Assembly (NCBI GenBank): GCA_021786105.1
Contig: JAJYNW010000011.1
Span: forward strand, 1-11,606
From: a bacterium
GTDB taxonomy: Bacteria > Patescibacteriota > Microgenomatia > Daviesbacterales > UBA10151
DNA length: 11,606 nucleotides
Direction: 5' to 3'
The notes beneath the pieces are model-generated. The model was given only the letters and a program-made list of their open reading frames with translations, ran no database searches and had not been told where the DNA came from. Both the position numbers and the translations under genes were made by a program. Below, piece by piece: positions 8,752-11,606 of the stretch (position 1 is its first letter; the number at the start of each line of letters is the position of its first letter).

Positions 8752-9661
8752 TTTAGATTTAACAGTAGTCATTTTAAGCTATAACACCAAAGATGTAACC
8801 GGTCGGTGTTTGGATAAGCTGAAAATTTCCAAGGAGTATTGCGAAAAAAAATTCAAAAACAAAGTGCGGGTAATTGTAGTAGACAATGGGTCGTCTGACG
8901 GATCAGTTGGCATGATTAAAACCGAACATCCTTGGGTTAAGCTGATTGCCCTGGCAAAAAATTCCGGTTTTTCCGGCGGCAATAATTTGGCAATGAAAGA
9001 AGTTAAAACCCCTTTCATACTCCTCCTTAATTCTGATGTGTATTTGGAAGAGGAAAGTTTGTATAAGGCTTTAGCCTATTTCCGGGTGAATTTAAATTGT
9101 GATGTGTTGGGAGCCAGGTTAAATTACGCCAATGGTTCTTTACAACCCAGCGCCGGCAATTTACCAAATCCTTTGAATATTATTTTTTGGATTTTAGGTT
9201 TGAGTTTGCTTCCGGGAATTAGTCAACTCGTTCCCCCATTTCACCCCAAGGATAAAAAATATTTTTCCAAGGCCCATCAAGTTGATTGGATTATGGGGGC
9301 TTTTTTTATGCTTAAAGAGGAAGTTTACAAAAGAACCGGTGGGTTTGATGAAAAACTGTTTATGCATATGGAAGAGGTGGAATGGTGCAAAAGAATCAGG
9401 CGACGTGAGTATAAAATTTGGTATGTTCCCCAAGTGGAGGTTACCCATCTGCATGGTGCTTCCACCAATTTTGATTTAAGTCTCAGTTTCCTAAATGAGC
9501 TAAAAGGTATTAAATATTATTTACAAAAACATTATCGTTTTTTCTATCCTCTGCTGAAGCTAATACTGAGCTTTGGTTTGATAATGAGAGTAATCGCTTT
9601 TTCTCTTTTAGGAAAAACTAAAAGAGCCAGGGTTTATGTAAATGGATTAAAGGTAATATAG
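8744..9661 (+). CDS. Family 2 glycosyltransferase (WbbL-like)
   Basis: VVILSYN, VVDNGSSDGS, GFSGGNN, LNSD, GFDEKLFMHMEEVEWC and HLHGAS motifs; 8-nt overlap with the upstream GT. Confidence 0.93.
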   Translation: MNNLDLTVVILSYNTKDVTGRCLDKLKISKEYCEKKFKNKVRVIVVDNGSSDGSVGMIKTEHPWVKLIALAKNSGFSGGNNLAMKEVKTPFILLLNSDVYLEEESLYKALAYFRVNLNCDVLGARLNYANGSLQPSAGNLPNPLNIIFWILGLSLLPGISQLVPPFHPKDKKYFSKAHQVDWIMGAFFMLKEEVYKRTGGFDEKLFMHMEEVEWCKRIRRREYKIWYVPQVEVTHLHGASTNFDLSLSFLNELKGIKYYLQKHYRFFYPLLKLILSFGLIMRVIAFSLLGKTKRARVYVNGLKVI

Positions 9662-9662
9662 A

Positions 9663-9702
9663 TGTCATCCTTCACCCCGATTAATCGGGGTTCAGAATGA
9701 CA
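9663..9702. repeat. GTCAT...ATGAC-bounded palindromic (REP-like) element
   Basis: TGTCAT (9663-9668) and ATGACA (9697-9702) enclose the perfect 18-bp palindrome ACCCCGATTAATCGGGGT (9674-9691). Confidence 0.7.
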
Positions 9703-9711
9703 GTAAAAAAT

Positions 9712-11496
9712 ATGGAAAAAATTGCAGTAATTACAGTTAATTACAATGGTAAAGAAGATACTTTGGAGTTTTTGGAATCTTTAAAAAAACTGGAAACTAA
9801 AAACTGTAAGGTGAGAACTATTGTCGTGGATAATGCTTCCAATGATGGCAGTGTTTCCGCTATCCATAAAGCTTTTCCTAAGGTGGATGTTTTACAAGCC
9901 GGAGCCAATTTGGGTTTTGCGGGAGGTTATAATAAAGGTTTGGAATACGCCCAAATCTGGGGAGCGGATTATTTTTTGCTGATTAATAATGATTGTTTGA
10001 TTGGTGATGCTGATTTGTTGACTGAATTAGTAAAGACTTTGAAGTCTGATCCGGAAATTGGTTTAGTTTCCCCCAAGATTTATTTTGCCAAAGGATTTGA
10101 GTTTCACAAAGACAAATATAAAGAACAAGATTTGGGTAAGGTTATTTGGTATGCCGGCGGCAAATTTGACTGGGATAATATTGGCAGTTTGCACCGCGGC
10201 ATTGATGAAGTGGACAGTGGTCAATATGACGAGGTGGAAGAAGCCGAGATTTTTTCCGGGGCGTGTGTTTTGATTAAGAAAGAGGTTTTAGAAAAAGTAG
10301 GACTTTTAGATGAAAAATACTTCCTGTATTTTGAGGACAGTGATTTGGCCAAAAGAGCCAAAATGGCCGGATTTAAGATTTACTATAATGGCAAAACCTC
10401 TGTTTATCACAAAGTTTCCCGATCCACCGGCTTAGGTTCGAAGATTACTGATTATTATCATGCCAGAAACAGGTTAATCTTTGGTCTGCAGTATGGCAGA
10501 TTCAGAACTAAGTTTGCCTTGCTCCGGGAGGCGGTAAAATTGTTTATCTTTGGTAGACCAGCTCAACGCCTGGGGGTTTTGGATTATTATTTGGGAATAA
10601 TTGGCGGCAAAACAGATTTCATGGAGCTTTCAAATAATATTGAATACCCGCTTAAATTATCAATCGGTATCGTCAACTACAATACTGCTGATTTAACCAA
10701 AAAACTTCTGCAAAGTATTTTTAAGAAAGATTCTGGTTATGACGCTGAAAAAATGGAGGTCATAGTTTTGGATAATGGTCTACTGGATTCCTGCAAGGAA
10801 GAAATTAAAGAATTTTTGCCTAAGGTTAAATATTTGCAAAATAGCGAAAATGAGGGTTTTTCCAAAGGTTATAACAAAACCATTAAATTTTCCCTTGGTG
10901 AGTATTATTTAATGCTTAATTCGGATATAGAAGTTTTGGAAAGGGCGCTTTCAGAATTAGTTAGGGTTGAGGACGAATTTAAAGGTGAGGTGGCTTTAGG
11001 CGGAAAATTAGTTTTTCCCGATCTGAGCAATCAGGATTCGGCATTTTATTTGCCGACCATCACCGGTGCTTTGAAAGAATACTTCCTGGCTCAGCCAGGG
11101 TCTTACTTTATGTATCAGCCTTCGGGTGAAAAACCGGTTAAGGTGGAAGGAGTGGCAATGGCTTGTTTGTTGATCCCGAAAAAGATTATTAAAAAAGTTG
11201 GACTTTTGGATGAAGGGACATTTATTTTCTTTGAGGATATTGAATATGCCAGAAGGCTTAAAGAGCATAGTATTCCTGCTTATTTTGTACCTAAGGCCAG
11301 GTTTATCCACTATCACGGCGGCTCCACTAAAAGAATCGGTCAGGAAAAAGCTACTGAGCATTTAGTGAAGGCTGCCAAGCATTATCATGGCATGTTTTAT
11401 TACACTTTACTGACTTTTGTATTGCGCTTAGGACAAAAATTCGGCCGGGTGGAAACTCCGGTAACTAAGTGGAAAACTACCGCAATGTCCCCGTAA
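9712..11496 (+). CDS. Tandem two-domain family 2 glycosyltransferase
   Basis: Domain 1: VITVNYN, VVDNASNDGS, INND, FLYFEDSDL. Domain 2 from ~10651: SIGIVNYN, VLDNG, LNSD, FIFFEDIEY, HYHGGS. ATG 9697 lies inside the palindrome, so 9712 is preferred. Confidence 0.92.
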   Translation: MEKIAVITVNYNGKEDTLEFLESLKKLETKNCKVRTIVVDNASNDGSVSAIHKAFPKVDVLQAGANLGFAGGYNKGLEYAQIWGADYFLLINNDCLIGDADLLTELVKTLKSDPEIGLVSPKIYFAKGFEFHKDKYKEQDLGKVIWYAGGKFDWDNIGSLHRGIDEVDSGQYDEVEEAEIFSGACVLIKKEVLEKVGLLDEKYFLYFEDSDLAKRAKMAGFKIYYNGKTSVYHKVSRSTGLGSKITDYYHARNRLIFGLQYGRFRTKFALLREAVKLFIFGRPAQRLGVLDYYLGIIGGKTDFMELSNNIEYPLKLSIGIVNYNTADLTKKLLQSIFKKDSGYDAEKMEVIVLDNGLLDSCKEEIKEFLPKVKYLQNSENEGFSKGYNKTIKFSLGEYYLMLNSDIEVLERALSELVRVEDEFKGEVALGGKLVFPDLSNQDSAFYLPTITGALKEYFLAQPGSYFMYQPSGEKPVKVEGVAMACLLIPKKIIKKVGLLDEGTFIFFEDIEYARRLKEHSIPAYFVPKARFIHYHGGSTKRIGQEKATEHLVKAAKHYHGMFYYTLLTFVLRLGQKFGRVETPVTKWKTTAMSP

Positions 11497-11606
11497 ATAT
11501 CCGACACTAACTCCTCTCTAAGGGTGGTCTCATGCCTTTGTTAATATGTGGCCTGTGATAATGATATCTGTCTAAGAACTGGTTAACAACTAGGGTAAGT
11601 TGAGGT

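Noticed and set aside
6676-11361. Short alternative-frame or antisense ORFs (6676-6906, 7563-7829, 7872-8066, 8779-9018, 9194-9454, 9282-9479, 10085-10273, 11008-11361)
   Set aside because: Overlap well-supported CDSs and show no independent coding signal.
11497-11606. Possible promoter or terminator after the last GT
   Set aside because: Only a weak GATAAT-like match and no stable hairpin; the context is cut off by the window end.

Overview
This window holds a complete bacterial F0F1 ATP synthase gene set on the + strand (atpB-E-F-H-A-G-D ... atpC), followed by three GT2 glycosyltransferase genes, the last a two-domain fusion. The shortened delta subunit, leaderless-type promoters and palindromic intergenic elements suggest a Patescibacteria/CPR (Microgenomates-like) genome; this is an inference. 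The standout feature is a ~1.29 kb cassette wedged between atpD and atpC. It carries two divergently transcribed carbonic-anhydrase-like genes of different classes: a minimal beta-CA-like protein and a single-domain homologue of the diatom cadmium/zeta CA (CDCA1) with a beta-type HxxC ligand spacing. The cassette is bounded by a TAAATAT direct repeat whose collapse would restore a compact atpD-atpC junction. Other operon junctions each hold a different structured element: a ~150-nt multibranch fold (atpE-F), inverted heptamer arrays (atpA-G) and a CGTC/GTCAT-type REP dimer (atpG-D).
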